A stretch of 64,000 nucleotides of DNA, taken from the NCBI RefSeq assembly GCF_963576615.1, contig NC_088708.1, positions 42,797,115-42,861,114 of the forward strand. Reading direction: 5' to 3'. A model generated the notes under the pieces. That model did not search any database, was not told where the DNA came from, and was given only the letters and a program-made list of their open reading frames with translations. A program made the position numbers and the translations under genes. Position 1 is the stretch's first letter; every line of letters starts with the position of its first letter. Below, piece after piece: positions 23,206-36,135 of the stretch. The stretch comes from Watersipora subatra (taxonomy: Eukaryota).

Positions 23206-25957
23206 TATGGTTGCCAGATGGATGAGCAAAAAATACAGGACATATTGTGGCTGGTAGTGGGTTCTGTATTTAAAAGTGTATAGTGTCTTGCATATAGTTA
23301 TATGGTAAATACATGATATGATGACATGATATATATACTAATATAATAATGATATACATGCATATAATGGTGTACGGTAGCGTATATTAGACCCTTGCTT
23401 AGTATACATTGTCTCTTCTTCTCTTCAGTCTTAGTCACAATATTTTGTTGATTGTCTACACTTTTTTAGCAATGCATCATCTTTTAATACAGCAGCATAA
23501 AACGCTTTGCAGTTTATTTTTCTATTGCATGCCACTTGCAGCTCTGATTTTATAAGTACAGTTGATGCTCTGTTTCTTTCTTTTGTCCATTTGACTGTCA
23601 TGAGTGAAAATACACACTCAGGGCCGGCATTGCTGGTTGGTATGGAGAGTATATATGATACAAGCTTAGTTGTTTCCGGAAATAGTGGTGCGCATTCAAG
23701 ATGTAACTCCACTTCTCAGCTGGGGAGCTTAAGGACTTGATGTTATCCCAGGGAGTTCTTCTGATACAGCTATGCTCCTCGTACAATAAATCCTCATCCA
23801 CATGGCTTAGATTGAGATCATTCTTTAAATCAAGCATGTGTTGGTAGCTAGAGATGCCTTCTATCAGTGCAAAATGAGTTGCTTTGTATGAATAAGAGTC
23901 TTCGGGGAAGTCAAACCATTTCTCTAGGCAGGCACTAGCTAAAAAAACATGAACAATTTTGCAATCTGCATTATTTGTATTGTAAGCTGTATGCATGTAT
24001 GTGACCTATTACGCTTTTTCTAACTTCTACCGATCCAAAATGTGTCACATAAAATGGCTGTTATTTTTGGAAGTGATCATTTATCATAGTATGCAGCATT
24101 ACACATACACACCATTGCCTAGGAATCCATGAAGATCTGTGATGATTATCCGGTGTTCATTGATGCTCAATTTACTCAATATTGTTCTCGCTGTACTACC
24201 AAAGAATTTGTCTTCCATTCTGTCTTTCAAGGAGCCTCTCAGTACATTCATAATGCCATAAAGCTCCATTATTGTACCATTGTTCTTCTCGAGTTGCAGA
24301 ACAGCCTTCTCAAATACTGTGGGAATATTTGATATAAAGCTCAGATAGAGTTCCACAATGCATTCCTTTGCTTGAGAATTGTCAGTCCCAACCATTTTGA
24401 GTTTCAGTAACTGTTTAACAGCAGTTGGTCAATCATCCTCGAGTGAGATAAAATAACTTTTCATTGCTAGTAAAACTTTCAGTAATCTCTCAACTGCAGG
24501 TTCTAATGACAGCCATCTTGTGGGCACATGTCTTAGTAGCTCACACCACTCTATATCAAGAAATTCATAAAACTCCTTGAGCTGCTGTCTTCGGCCTGCT
24601 GAAAAAGAAAAGTGATTGAAGACCCGTATTACTATTAACTCCACATCCACATCTAATTTGGAAGCAACATTCTTTAAGCAATTGTGCACGAGATGAGCAC
24701 AACAGTTAGCTTGTAGTAAGTTTGGTTGTTCTATCTTCAGATGTTGGTAAACAGAATGGTGCACTCCATAGTTCACAGATGCATTGTCAGCACTATACGC
24801 TGTCGCCTTCGACATGTCAATGTTGAATTTAGCTAGCGATTCCTGAACAGCTTTAGCTATGCTTATAGAGTCTTTTTTAGGGTCTTCATAGAAATCCAAT
24901 AAAACAGATTGAATGTCATCATGTGGTGTATAGAATCCCAGCATTACTGGAAACATTTCTTGGTTCCCTTTGTTACTAGCATCTCGCAATACTAAATGGT
25001 AGCAACCCATCTCGTAGTTTTTGCACAGCTGTACATACACTGTATGGTGCCAACACATTCTTGACAGTAGCCTCAGCTTTTGTTCGCCCACAAGATATCT
25101 GCTTTGCAACAACACTCCCAGAGTATATAATCCTATCCAATTTCATATCACAGTCCAATGAATTATAACTCAAGCTATGTTTCACTGTGTGAAATACTTT
25201 GGTAAGCTCAGCAGCAGTTATTTGACTTTGCTGAGAGCTTTCTGTAGAAGCAAAAAATGTAGACAACAGCTGATTATTTTTAGCTGAGCTTACACTTTTC
25301 TTATGGTACTTGGTTTCTTCATGCTGTTTAAGGTCCGCTGCTCCTGATGCGATGGAGAAGTCTTTGTTGCAAAGACTGCAGCGCACTTTGTATTTATCTC
25401 TGCTCACAGGCTTTATCCATATGAATTTCTTTTCCCATGTTTTGCTATATACTTTTAAGCGCTTGGATTTCTTTGGTGGAGTATTGTGAAGATCTTCAGC
25501 TGTCGAAGAACTTACCTCAGACATGCTGACTGATGAACTACCAAATTTATTGTGGGCTGTGGCTGAAAATTTCATAATTCGCTAGCACTTTCCTGAATCA
25601 ATGGGGTGGGAAGAGGCATTTCCCTTCTATCCATTGCCAACTCCACAATAGATAGAAGGGAAATTCCCACTAATTACAGCTGTTTGTTTGGCTGTAGTTA
25701 TATGCATAGATACCTATATTATATATCTATCAATCATCAATGGTTATTGTCATATAATATTCCAGTTGGCTCAATGACCAATACAGCTGCAATGGTTGTT
25801 GTATATGTATTACATGTACATGTATTTATAGAAAATAGTTACAGATACAAAATAACTCTCACCTGAAACTCAAATACAGGACAGTTAGGGTCAAATACAG
25901 AACACAGACCAAAAAAACAGGACTATCCTATCAAATACAGGACATCTGGCAACCCTA
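23206..25957 (-). mobile_element. hAT-superfamily DNA transposon, 2752 bp, with 15-bp terminal inverted repeats and an 8-bp target-site duplication
   Basis: The left terminus is TATGGTTGCCAGATG at 23206-23220. The right terminus at 25943-25957 is the reverse complement of TAGGGTTGCCAGATG, so the terminal inverted repeats match 14 of 15. The flanking 8-mers ATCCCCAC (23198-23205) and ATCCCCAT (25958-25965) are the expected hAT target-site duplication. The subterminal motif AAATACAGGACA occurs once at the left end and four times at the right end. The interior encodes a hAT transposase on the minus strand. Confidence 0.75.
23431..25575 (-). pseudogene. hAT transposase coding region, interrupted by at least three frame changes (decay or introns)
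   Basis: ORFs 24976-25575, 24429-25115, 24099-24395 and 23431-23712 are in different frames. The N-terminus carries a C2H2-like zinc finger (RCSLCNKDF...HEETKYHKK). The middle has YSADNASVN...CCAHLVHN and TRWLSL. The C-terminus has the hAT dimerisation motif SIPTSNAGPECVFSLM. Confidence 0.7.
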
Positions 25958-27184
25958 ATCCCCATACACTTTTAACCCACATGACTAAAAACAACCGATA
26001 CAAATTATAATCCCATTTTATTGTACATATCTAAACATGTAACAACATATTATTAATTTTTATACAGCATGCATACAACACTCAACAATGCATGACATTT
26101 GGCATGGCGGTGAATTGATTTATGACTAGGTTAACTTACTATCCAATCAAAATCTGGATGGATGTGTTCACATATATCTTGGTTCTGACTAGTAGCTCAT
26201 TATTAGCAGCTAGTGTTATAGATAAAACCAAAATGTTAAATGATGAAACCTAAACTCACACGGCACTGCAGGACGTAAATTATAAGTTTAACGAATCAAA
26301 CACCTCTCTGTTTCCCCCTTGTATATTAAAATTTCCACCCTAAAGTGGAATTCCTCCCTGGTTGGAAACCCCTGATATACGCTAAGTTGTCAAAAGCTGT
26401 TTGAAAATATTAGCCGTGTTTATTGTTGCTTGTAACCTGCTAGCTCAGCACGTAGATGTTTGAGCGCTTAAAAGACCTAGCATTTCATAGGAACTCTAGA
26501 ACAAGTCTATAAAGCCTTATCTTATGTATTTATATGCCTTGGCTGATTTCAACAAATTTGACAAAGCAATCTCGAGAGCCTACCTATTTATACCAATAGT
26601 AATCATACACAGTACTTAATTTCATTACATAGTAATCATATAATGAAACAATTCTACAAAAAACTCCCAATGAGGGGTACATTACGTTGAATATATACAT
26701 TCTTGTTGCATGAGAGCGAGTAAATAAAAAGTGCTTTAAAGTGGACTGTTTCAATTTATAAGTAGATGTTAATCCAGAGATACAAATACGTGTGAATATG
26801 TATACTCGAACAGAAATTCTTATAAAGCTCACTACTATATTTTTATTATATTCACAGCTCGTGAACATGAAAGAAGGCACAATGAAAACATTACAAAAAT
26901 TAAAAATAATTTAGATAAAAATCAAGCTACCAGGAAAAGTATTCACATTCAAAAGATGCACAGTAGACAAACACAAGGACAGGCATCATTTTATATGACT
27001 TGCTGAGCACCGTAAAAATATAACTTTATGCACGTGAATTCAGTGAGTGTCATTCAAAATGGTTTGTCAATGCTGCCTTGAATACTCCAGGGGACAGCTA
27101 TAGACTAATTCACTCGACTGCTGTGAAGCTTATCATAGACACACTAAGAACAATATAAAGTATAAAGTAAAGAACTTATAAAGT

Positions 27185-27343
27185 TTATGTATAAAACATA
27201 ATCTCTGGAATCTGACCGTCCTCAACTGAGGTGCCGTTATTGTTGCCAGCTGCGTACGAAAACTGAAACGATATTTTTCCACTAGTTGGAGACTCGTGGG
27301 TCACTTTTCTCAGTCCCTTACTTCCGTAATAGGAGTCGGGTCC
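27185..27343 (-). CDS. BTBD6: BTBD3/6 terminal exon ([52 protein letters not shown])
   Basis: It is a near-identical match to the BTBD3/6 C-terminus [54 protein letters not shown] gttttag acceptor precedes it in phase 0, and the stop TAA is the reverse complement of 27185-27187. Confidence 0.85.
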   Translation of the reverse strand, partial: GPDSYYGSKGLRKVTHESPTSGKISFQFSYAAGNNNGTSVEDGQIPEIMFYT

Positions 27344-28744
27344 CTAAAACATTAACGACAAGGTTATGCGAATCCCAATAGACCATGTTCAAAACGCCCT
27401 AGCCAAATTAACTAACTAATCAATCAACTACTAAATTAAGGGTGCTTAAGGGTATAAACATGCTTATTAATTAATTAACGAGCTCACAATTAATTTATAT
27501 GAGCTGTTTTACTCAATGGCAATATGGCAAACACAATATGGCATGAAATTGTAAATGATGAACCATCTTATAAATACCGCAACAATTTTAACGAGGACAA
27601 TACGCTTTTAAACATGTTACATTATATTACAGGGTGATAACTGAATTTCAGACTAGATGCTTTCTTCACTGTTGGAACTCAAGCTAATGCCTTAATTTTA
27701 CTTTTATGCAGCATGTTATTAATCTAGAGCATTTGTGTGGGGAATATAACTCATTGTATGAAATATGGTTCGACCAATAACCATTTTTATTTCTATGCAG
27801 TGAACGACCAGCAAGACCCACCACTTTTTCACACTAAACTATCATTATAGAAACTACCACTTTGGAAAGTTGCATCTATTTTATGAAAAAAACATTCACT
27901 TTGTAAGAGCTAATAACTCCAAAACTGAATTTGGCCTGTGATGGTTGTAAAACCTGTCTATCAATCCAAGTGTTAAAATTGTTAAATCACTTCAGGTTTC
28001 TTAGGATTAAAAGTTACAAGGTAAAAAATAGTAAAAAAAACCTGATACAAATGTAAAAGTCATGAAAAGATTATATTGTCTTGAAAACAATTGAAATATT
28101 GTGATTAATGATTATTGTATCAAAACTAAAGAATGCCAACAACTGCTGTATATTGAGAGTATGCCGATTGCTGGACTTCATTTCAATAACACGCATTGCT
28201 TATAACTACAATAATTAGCCATCATTAAGGGCCACCCAAAAGTCCAGAGATAGCCTAGGTTTTCTGTGCTCTATTACTTGCTCTAAAGATAGGGAGAGAA
28301 GGTACAAATACTATGAAGACTATGATGTCAGGATGTTTTGGGCCAAAGATTACATTTAGCGGGAAAAACTTTTACGCTTTGCATTTGTGTTAAATGCTAG
28401 CATCAAAGTGTTGCTTTGCCAAAAAATTGTTTGGACGCTAACATCGACTAGTTCAGCAGTGCAAAAGTGTTGAGATCTAAAAACATTGTGGAAGGTATTG
28501 GACAACCAGAAGATGTTTGTTCCATCGAAAGCAACAATCACAACGCAGCTATCCAAGCAAATAATGCAAATATTTTTGTTTTACATACATTAATTTTTGT
28601 TTTTGCATGTATTATAAGTATGGTTCGTTTATGTCACCTGTTCATGAATATATATTTGTGGCATTTGATAAATTATCATTACATAACTTGTAAATTTGCA
28701 GACTTATAGTATACCAGATGAATGCCTAACGTTGCCTGAATAAC

Positions 28745-29310
28745 AAGTCTTTGCAAAAAAAATTTATTTTCATTTAACGTATAACAACAGTTACCATTCT
28801 AACTTTCCAACTCCATATCATGAGAAAAGTTTTTTGTGCAATTTGAATAAATTAGGAGAAAAGTAAAACAACTGTTAAGGTTTTTAAACATGGTCAAACA
28901 ACTGTAACTTTCCAACTTCATATCATGAGGGAAATGTTTGGTGCCTGTCAAATAAAGTAAAAAACAAAATGAAACAATTATAAAAGTGTTTAAATGTAAA
29001 TGTGAAATAATTAGCAAGTAATAGCAAAATTAAGTCTGTTTTGCTACGATTACAATAAAAAATGATTTGGTAATAATACAACCAATACGAACTGAGAGAA
29101 CAAAATAAAAATTCTGAATATGTTGAATTAATAATAACAGTTCGTGCATAGAAGTGTGTGTGTATAAAAAAGGTTACTGCTGCAGCATAAGCTATTCATC
29201 AATACTTTGAATACAACGATACTGGTACCTCTCGTTATGGGTACAAATGTACAAATGAGATATCGTAGTGTCTTTGTCTGGTATTTTGTCTGACCGAACA
29301 GAGACAGAAT
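28745..29310. repeat. Left copy of a ~500-bp dispersed repeat; it is inverted relative to the copy at 46630-47115 and contains an internal ~65-bp tandem duplication
   Basis: Its reverse complement matches 46640-47100 (cgttcggtcagacaaagacag...gtaccagtgtcgagaggtacc...). ORFs 29128-29355(-) and 46627-46923(+) encode the same peptide, which shows the identity. Confidence 0.6.
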
Positions 29311-29529
29311 GTAGAGGCTATTTCTACTCGATATAATAGAAGTGTAATGGCCCACTTGAAATTGAAATGGTACATTTAAAAATACAATTTAAAAAAATAG
29401 GTAATGGTAGCAAAAAACTAGTTTTTAAACAATTTCAAAAAATAACAAATGCAAAAGGTAATATTAGTTACTAATCAAAGGTGCACATTTAGTGTGTACT
29501 TTTTGGTATATGATAAGAGCGATAGAATG

Positions 29530-29615
29530 CCAAGGACTGTATTGCTCAGTGGTTAAATGCGTGGTTTGAAATTTACCATTGCAATCTCCGTGAGTTCAAA
29601 TCCAGCATGCAGGGA
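29530..29615 (+). repeat. tRNA-derived SINE-like segment, or a degenerate tRNA pseudogene
   Basis: It has an A-box-like TGCTCAGTGGTTAAATGCG and a B-box-like GAGTTCAAATCC. The stems do not pair as in a functional tRNA. Confidence 0.3.
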
Positions 29616-30111
29616 GCTATTCATTCTAAGGTTTTAACAGCTATAACTGGACAGGCAGAGATTTGAACAGACGACCAACTGAGATCTATATATATGTCTA
29701 TAGATTATTTGATAATCTGTATACGACCAAACCAAATCGTGATATACGGCCAAACCAAATCGTGATTAATGGCCAAACCAAATCGTGATATATCTATATC
29801 ACGACCAAACACTCGCCTCGCTCGTGTTTGTGATGGCATCATTGCAGTAATCTGATCTTACAATGGATCGACACTCGTAACTCCTCTTCTAATGCACTCA
29901 AAAAGCTAGTTTTGGCTGCAAACGTATTAATGAGTGCAATGAGCTTTTATGCAACATTGGTAAATAGAGACATAAAATAAAAATAAGTCTTCAAATTTAG
30001 AATGAAATAAAAATTGAAAGTTTCAACAAATTGCAAAGCAGGACACAGATTAATCATCGCAGGTTAATTGCAAGCTATAGATATCAACTGGTAGAGACAT
30101 TTCTCGGTTTA

Positions 30112-30117
<6 letters not shown>

Positions 30118-30162
<45 letters not shown>

Positions 30163-30440
30163 CTATATTTCCCAACTAGGAGGCTTCTATCAATATATAA
30201 TCCATGTTAGGAGGCTCTGAAAAATTAGGAGGCGTCCAGGGAGCCTCCTAATTCTAGCAGTGTTTATAGTGCTTACCAACCCTATAGAAGTATTTTAAAC
30301 ATGATTCCCATAATCGCCTTATATATCTATATTCATATATATGGAAAAGAGGAGACAACTCCAACAAAAATGTGTAATTTTCTATCAATAAATTATAAAC
30401 CCTAGGAGGCTCTTATATATGGAACTAGGAGGCATATCAA
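30118..30440. repeat. (TA)20 microsatellite followed by a cluster of CTAGGAGGC motifs
   Basis: (TA)n lies at 30118-30158. About eight TAGGAGGC motifs follow, up to 30440. The motif is the reverse complement of the satellite core GCCTCCTAA. Confidence 0.8.
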
Positions 30441-31954
30441 TTTTAAAACATTCTTACTTTTAACTGTTTTGGTATCGTTTCAGTTAATAGCACAATCTAT
30501 TTAAAAACATATTGCAATAAGTTTATGACTAAGCATCAGCAAATACAAAGAATTAGCAGCTATGTCGGATACAGTCAGTTTTGCTAATATTCATGATAGC
30601 TTTATTAGATTTGAGAAATAAAGTTGTATATTAACAAACTACAATACATTACAATTTATTTGCTGACCCTCTTTATAGTTTTCAAGACTGCCATTTAAGC
30701 ACTCCCTTTTTTGCAAGGTTTCTCATTGATCTGCTCTTTTTTGTGAAAATTCACAATAATTGCACATTATGGTTTCAACTGATGTTTAAGCATGGCTGTA
30801 GTAAAAGTTTAAATAAGTCTATAATCAGTACAATTCATATTTTCGATGCCGTTGCATCCAGCCACAAAATAAATATTTTTTTGAAACTTTGCATCCAAAC
30901 GCAATACCTGAGAGATGGTTTTTTAGTCGAAGAATTGATTTTTTAAATTTATTGAAGTAAAGTGGCAAAAGTATAACCACAGTATATAACAGCTAGAGAG
31001 ATGTGGCTGTTATAATGTTGCTGTGGCTGTTAGGACTATTAGTTCTTCACTCATGTAGTCTACTAGAGCTTGGTAGCAGCAGAATGACTACATGTAAGGG
31101 AGCAAGTCACATTCGGTAAGTTGTTCATGTTATTTTAGTCAATTTACAGTTTATTTACTTGAAACATACAGTTGTAGAAAAGCAGTATAAATTTTATTTA
31201 ATATTGAAATAGGACTAGCGTGAAAAAAGTATGTTTCAATTATTATAATTTTTAAGGAATGTAGCACAGAACACGTTTGATATATTTTTTACATCCGTTT
31301 ATGTCATCCAACTGCTGATATTGTTCTGCATAGAAAAGTCAAGAAAGGTCAGCATTATATTACCAAAAAGGAAAAAATCAAAACTTTTTGTAAAGTCCTA
31401 ATTTTTGACTTTATTATTGTTACACGAATGTTCAGTTTTGTAACATCAACACAGACACGCCAGCTGACAATTAATAGTTATTTTAGTGAATCAGTTAATT
31501 CTCCAACTTTAATCTATTTTCAGTTATTATTATTATAATTTTTGATGTTTTTTTATAATGATAAGTAACGTTATTAATGTGGTTCTACCAACAGTCAAAA
31601 CTGTTATTAGAATAACATGATCATAAAGTAATTGTATTATTGTTATCATGAATAGTGAGAGTTTGCGTATTTCAGTTATGATTTTGTAAGTAATAGTAGT
31701 ACATGCATAGGCATAAGCAAGTAAGTGGGTATATGCAGCCTTTGAATTTTGAAACTTTTAGTATTTAGTTTGAATCTTGTGTAGTAATTGTGTAGTAATT
31801 AAGAGCTTAGCTGTTTTATAGAGCTTCAGTAGTAGGAGGCAGACATTCAAGTTTGCCAAAAAAAACCTAACCAGTGAACTAAAATGTGTATTTTGCATTC
31901 ATTTTGGTTTGTATATCTGTTTATGCTACTTGAATTATCTTTTCATTTTTGTAG

Positions 31955-32041
31955 AAACTTGGTAAGCATTGTTGCCAAGATGGCATATTTATCAGATGGC
32001 AGAGAGTATTAGACAAAGTTGGATGTTCTTTTCTAGAAAAG
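31955..32041 (+). CDS. Diverged copy of the Tudor-like exon-like segment (KLGKHCCQDGIFIRWQRVLDKVGCSFLEK)
   Basis: The same acceptor and donor context (tttttgtag ... GTATGT) is present. It is 29 codons with no stop, but the Tudor signature is degraded. Confidence 0.2.
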
Positions 32042-35000
32042 GTATGTTGCTAATTACACGTTGGTTTGCATAAAAAATATGTCAAAATAATCAAGGTTTC
32101 ATCTACCGAAATTTATAATATTTTTTAACATATACATAATTATAGATTACAAACTATAAAACATTATATCAGTAAGGTTGTATTTTGAAATGTAGTAAAG
32201 TTTGACGTTTTGGCAAAGTCACTATGATAAGCAAAACTTTAAATTCACCAACACAAAATATACTGTACAAAGTTTTACTGTAACTAGCAAATGTATACCT
32301 GACGTAAGAATGTAACAGCATGCCCAAAAGTGGTTTTTCTTTGTATAGTTGCAAATAATCAATGACGCTTTAGTTATAGATAACTGCTGGATGAGAAGCA
32401 TTGATGGCCCACACCAAAGACTGATTTGCAGACATCAAATTAAAGGTATGCGATATTGCAATAAGTTGCTGTAAAATAGCACATTATACATGCGAGCCAA
32501 AAATTAGTGTAATAATTTGATATAGCCATAGCTTCAGTAAGAAAAGTTGTTAATTTTTACAGGCATTGTATTATTTAAACGCTTACATAAACCATTATGC
32601 CACTTTTGTGTTCTATTCATCTATTATTGGCAGATTACATAATATAAATAGCGCAAACCAATCAAAGGAATGTAGCATAGCAAAGAGATTTAGTATTGCT
32701 CTTCTTAGTCTTTATGAGTCATGGTTGCAATTGCTGAGCAATTGCATAATTATATAAAATGAATAGTTTTCCATGGTTACTCATTACCACTTTTAGTTAC
32801 TCAGTCAACACTGAGAGTAATTATCAGATTTGAGATATCATGTTTAGAGGCAGGAGATTGACAAATATTTTGTTGGTTTTTACTCTTACCCTACCGTATG
32901 CGAATTTATGCTAAATCTATCAGCAACTGCCGTATGCACATTTTTGCGAATTTTCCAACAATTGCGTGGTCACCTAATTTTATTATCCATTAAAAACATA
33001 ACGGATGATTTTAAAACTTTGATGGTATTGTCAGTGTGGTTCGAATATTTCTCTAATAGATTAGTCTAAGATAACCAAGCAGTTTCAAATTTTTTTTTGA
33101 GAATTTCCAAAATAAAAATGGACATTTTTTGTGTAAGTTTTGTTAAGTATCGCGCAAGTCAGAAAACATATAATTACTTACATGTATGTTGATGACACTA
33201 TAGTCAATTCAAATTCAGATTTTTGTGATTACACAGATAATTAAATTAGCAACAGTGACTCTGATGATAGTGAAAATAATAGTTTTTTAAGTGTAAGGGA
33301 CATTGTAGAGCATCCGTTTTAGCTTTGTAGCGATTGTAGCTTCACATAGCGTTAGCAATGCACAAAGTGAAGGTACATTGATTTTTGCATAGCACTATAT
33401 GTTAACATTTTAGCAAAATAAAATATATTACAAAAAGTTTATAGATAAACTTTGAAGTTGAAACAAAATAGTATACATGCTTCATGTACATATCATGAAG
33501 CTAAATTGGCAATTTTCGGTGAAATGGCTGGCGGTAGGCCGGTAGCTTAGTTTGTACATGGGTGGCAGTAAAAGGGTAAAGCTATAAAAGAATTAGAGAT
33601 ACAAGTGTATGTATTTCCTTTTAAATGATTTAGTGAACTTTGATGATTCAAGACAATGAGTTTGGCGAATGATATATATATATAAGATGCTGCTGAAGTT
33701 GCGCAATTCAACTCATGGCTTTTAATTATTACCTCAAAATGTTGAAAACACGCGATAGGAAGGGCCAGAACACTACTAAAACTCATAGTTACTCAAACCT
33801 GAAATACAGTAGGTTTTATACAAATTGCTGTACAATAACAAAACTGCAAAACTATTGGTTAAAATATAAATAGCAATATATATTATTATTTTTGGCCTTC
33901 GGTATCGGGCAGCATGTATGCAGTTTGTTTGCTGATGTTAACAAAAGTTTTACTAATAAGCTACATAATTTGCTCAATTATTTGTGTCAACTTTAAAATT
34001 TAAAACAAATGTAGTGTTAGCACTTTTAGGATATACTACAAACAACGCAGAGGAACTTTTTGTGGCATATGACTTGAATTTAAAAGTTCTCTGAAAATGC
34101 AACTTGTATTTGCCCATTTTAATACTTTAAAATGTCAAAGGGAGCTCATAATGAAAGCAACGTTAATATAATTTCAAGATGCTCAAATCGGTACGGATGT
34201 TATGTTGACAAACATTAAAAGGTCACTCTGTACTATGGCTAGTAAGTTTTTACATGTATTTAGATTTTGCATTGATGTTTTCAATTAGGTAGTGTAGGAA
34301 ATCTATTTACATTAGCTAAATTACCAGCATGTGCAATACCCAGCTTTGTTTCCTATCCATCCCAAACATTTTGCCAATGCTTATAATAATTCATTGCTCT
34401 TTTCAAATCTCATTTCTGAACCAAAGGTAGTTTTAGCAGTATAAGAACATATACTTCTCTTCCTATGGGTCTACTCACTTTTCTGTAGCAGCAAAGGCCA
34501 TTGTTTTTAAAAGGTCTGTAAGAATTGTATTACTTATTTTGACTTCCATTGGTGCTCGTAGCAAATATAATTTCAGTACAATTTGCATCAATAAAGTTAT
34601 TATTACTTGTTTGTAAAGTATTTGGAGCAAAACAATATTTTATGTGCACAGCAAACATTTTTGCTGCAAGCTTACCAAAACAAAATAAAACGTTTATTTT
34701 TATGTTACATTTTAATTAAACATCATGTTCTATTCAGTTATTGCTGTCAGTACTATGCAGTTATTGCTGTCAATGTTCTTTGTGCATTCTTGGCACACTT
34801 TTATGTTAAACTTCCAATGCATTAAACACTTTAGAAATAAAGTGTCCAAACAAGGATGCATAACATGAGATTTGTCACTGGCTTGTTTTGACCTATATCT
34901 AGCACTCTTTAGCCAAAGGTGTCTAGCTTTACTAAAATATTTGGTAGTGAAATTGTACATAAATTCATTGCCTGCATACACATCAATCATGATGCCTATG

Positions 35001-36135
35001 CTCTTATTATGTGTTCTACTATTGCCTGCTTAGCTAATTCACTTTCTACTTCTCAATAGCCTCAGCCTCCGAATGAAAGCTATTGTTGTTATTCCTATTC
35101 TTTGTAACTTTATAATGAAGGAGGTTGTGGTTGGGCAGCTCATTTGCTTTTCACTCTATTAGAAATATTGCAGCACAAGTATAACTGCAGTAATAAAATC
35201 TTCACAGAATTGCATAATGTGGTCTTATTCTCCAAGGTCTTCTCACTAGCAGAAATGACCTATGTACTTATGCAATTGTGGTTTGTGCTTAAAGTGACTC
35301 ATTCTCCTAATGTGGCATGGCTTTGCTATCTTCTTGCATGCTAGTCAATTGATTAAATAGATTGTAAGAAGCAAGCCAACCTCTCATTCCTACACAACCT
35401 AAAGACTTATCACATAAGTTCAACCTTCTAGCGAGATTGTAGCCGCTAAACATTTTGCTTTTTTCACGCGTCTAGCCATTCAGGGTTTTGCAGCAGCAGA
35501 AGAACAGACTAATCATGTCACAATTGGTATATTTGTTTGTCACAATTGTTTTATATTACTTTTGCCAATTTTGTCATTGAATTAATTGTACCATATTATG
35601 GTGAAAAGGCATCATGAAAAAGTATTTTACTTCGCCTCAATACCAATGCGAAAGGTTAGACCGGTAGTGGCCATTTTTGACCTTTAGGGCGAGCCACTTT
35701 AAATACTATATCTAAGCAACTTACTCATGTCATCAAATTGCGACGGCAAACAACAATGCATAGGTTTTCGCAGCTAATTTGGATTTGGATTTTACTGCCT
35801 TAATTGCAAGATCGTAATATTGTCAAGTTAAAAAGGTCAAGAAACCCCAACTTTATAATGCTAAAAGAATGAAATTATTACTAATTTTCATAAAATGATA
35901 ACTTTGTAATTATACACAAGGGTAGCTTTGTGAGATTAACCGACACACATTAAAATAGTTATGGTAACATATAGCTCAGTAGCCAGCAATTGATGAATAT
36001 CTGTGACTCTGTCGATGCTCCTAACTTTTGTAACTTTTTAAAAAGCATTAAAATAATTATGGATGCTTTTTATTCTGATTAGTAGTGTTAGCTGATTGAT
36101 AGCACCAAACAGGCAGAATTATTAGTAGCCTATAC

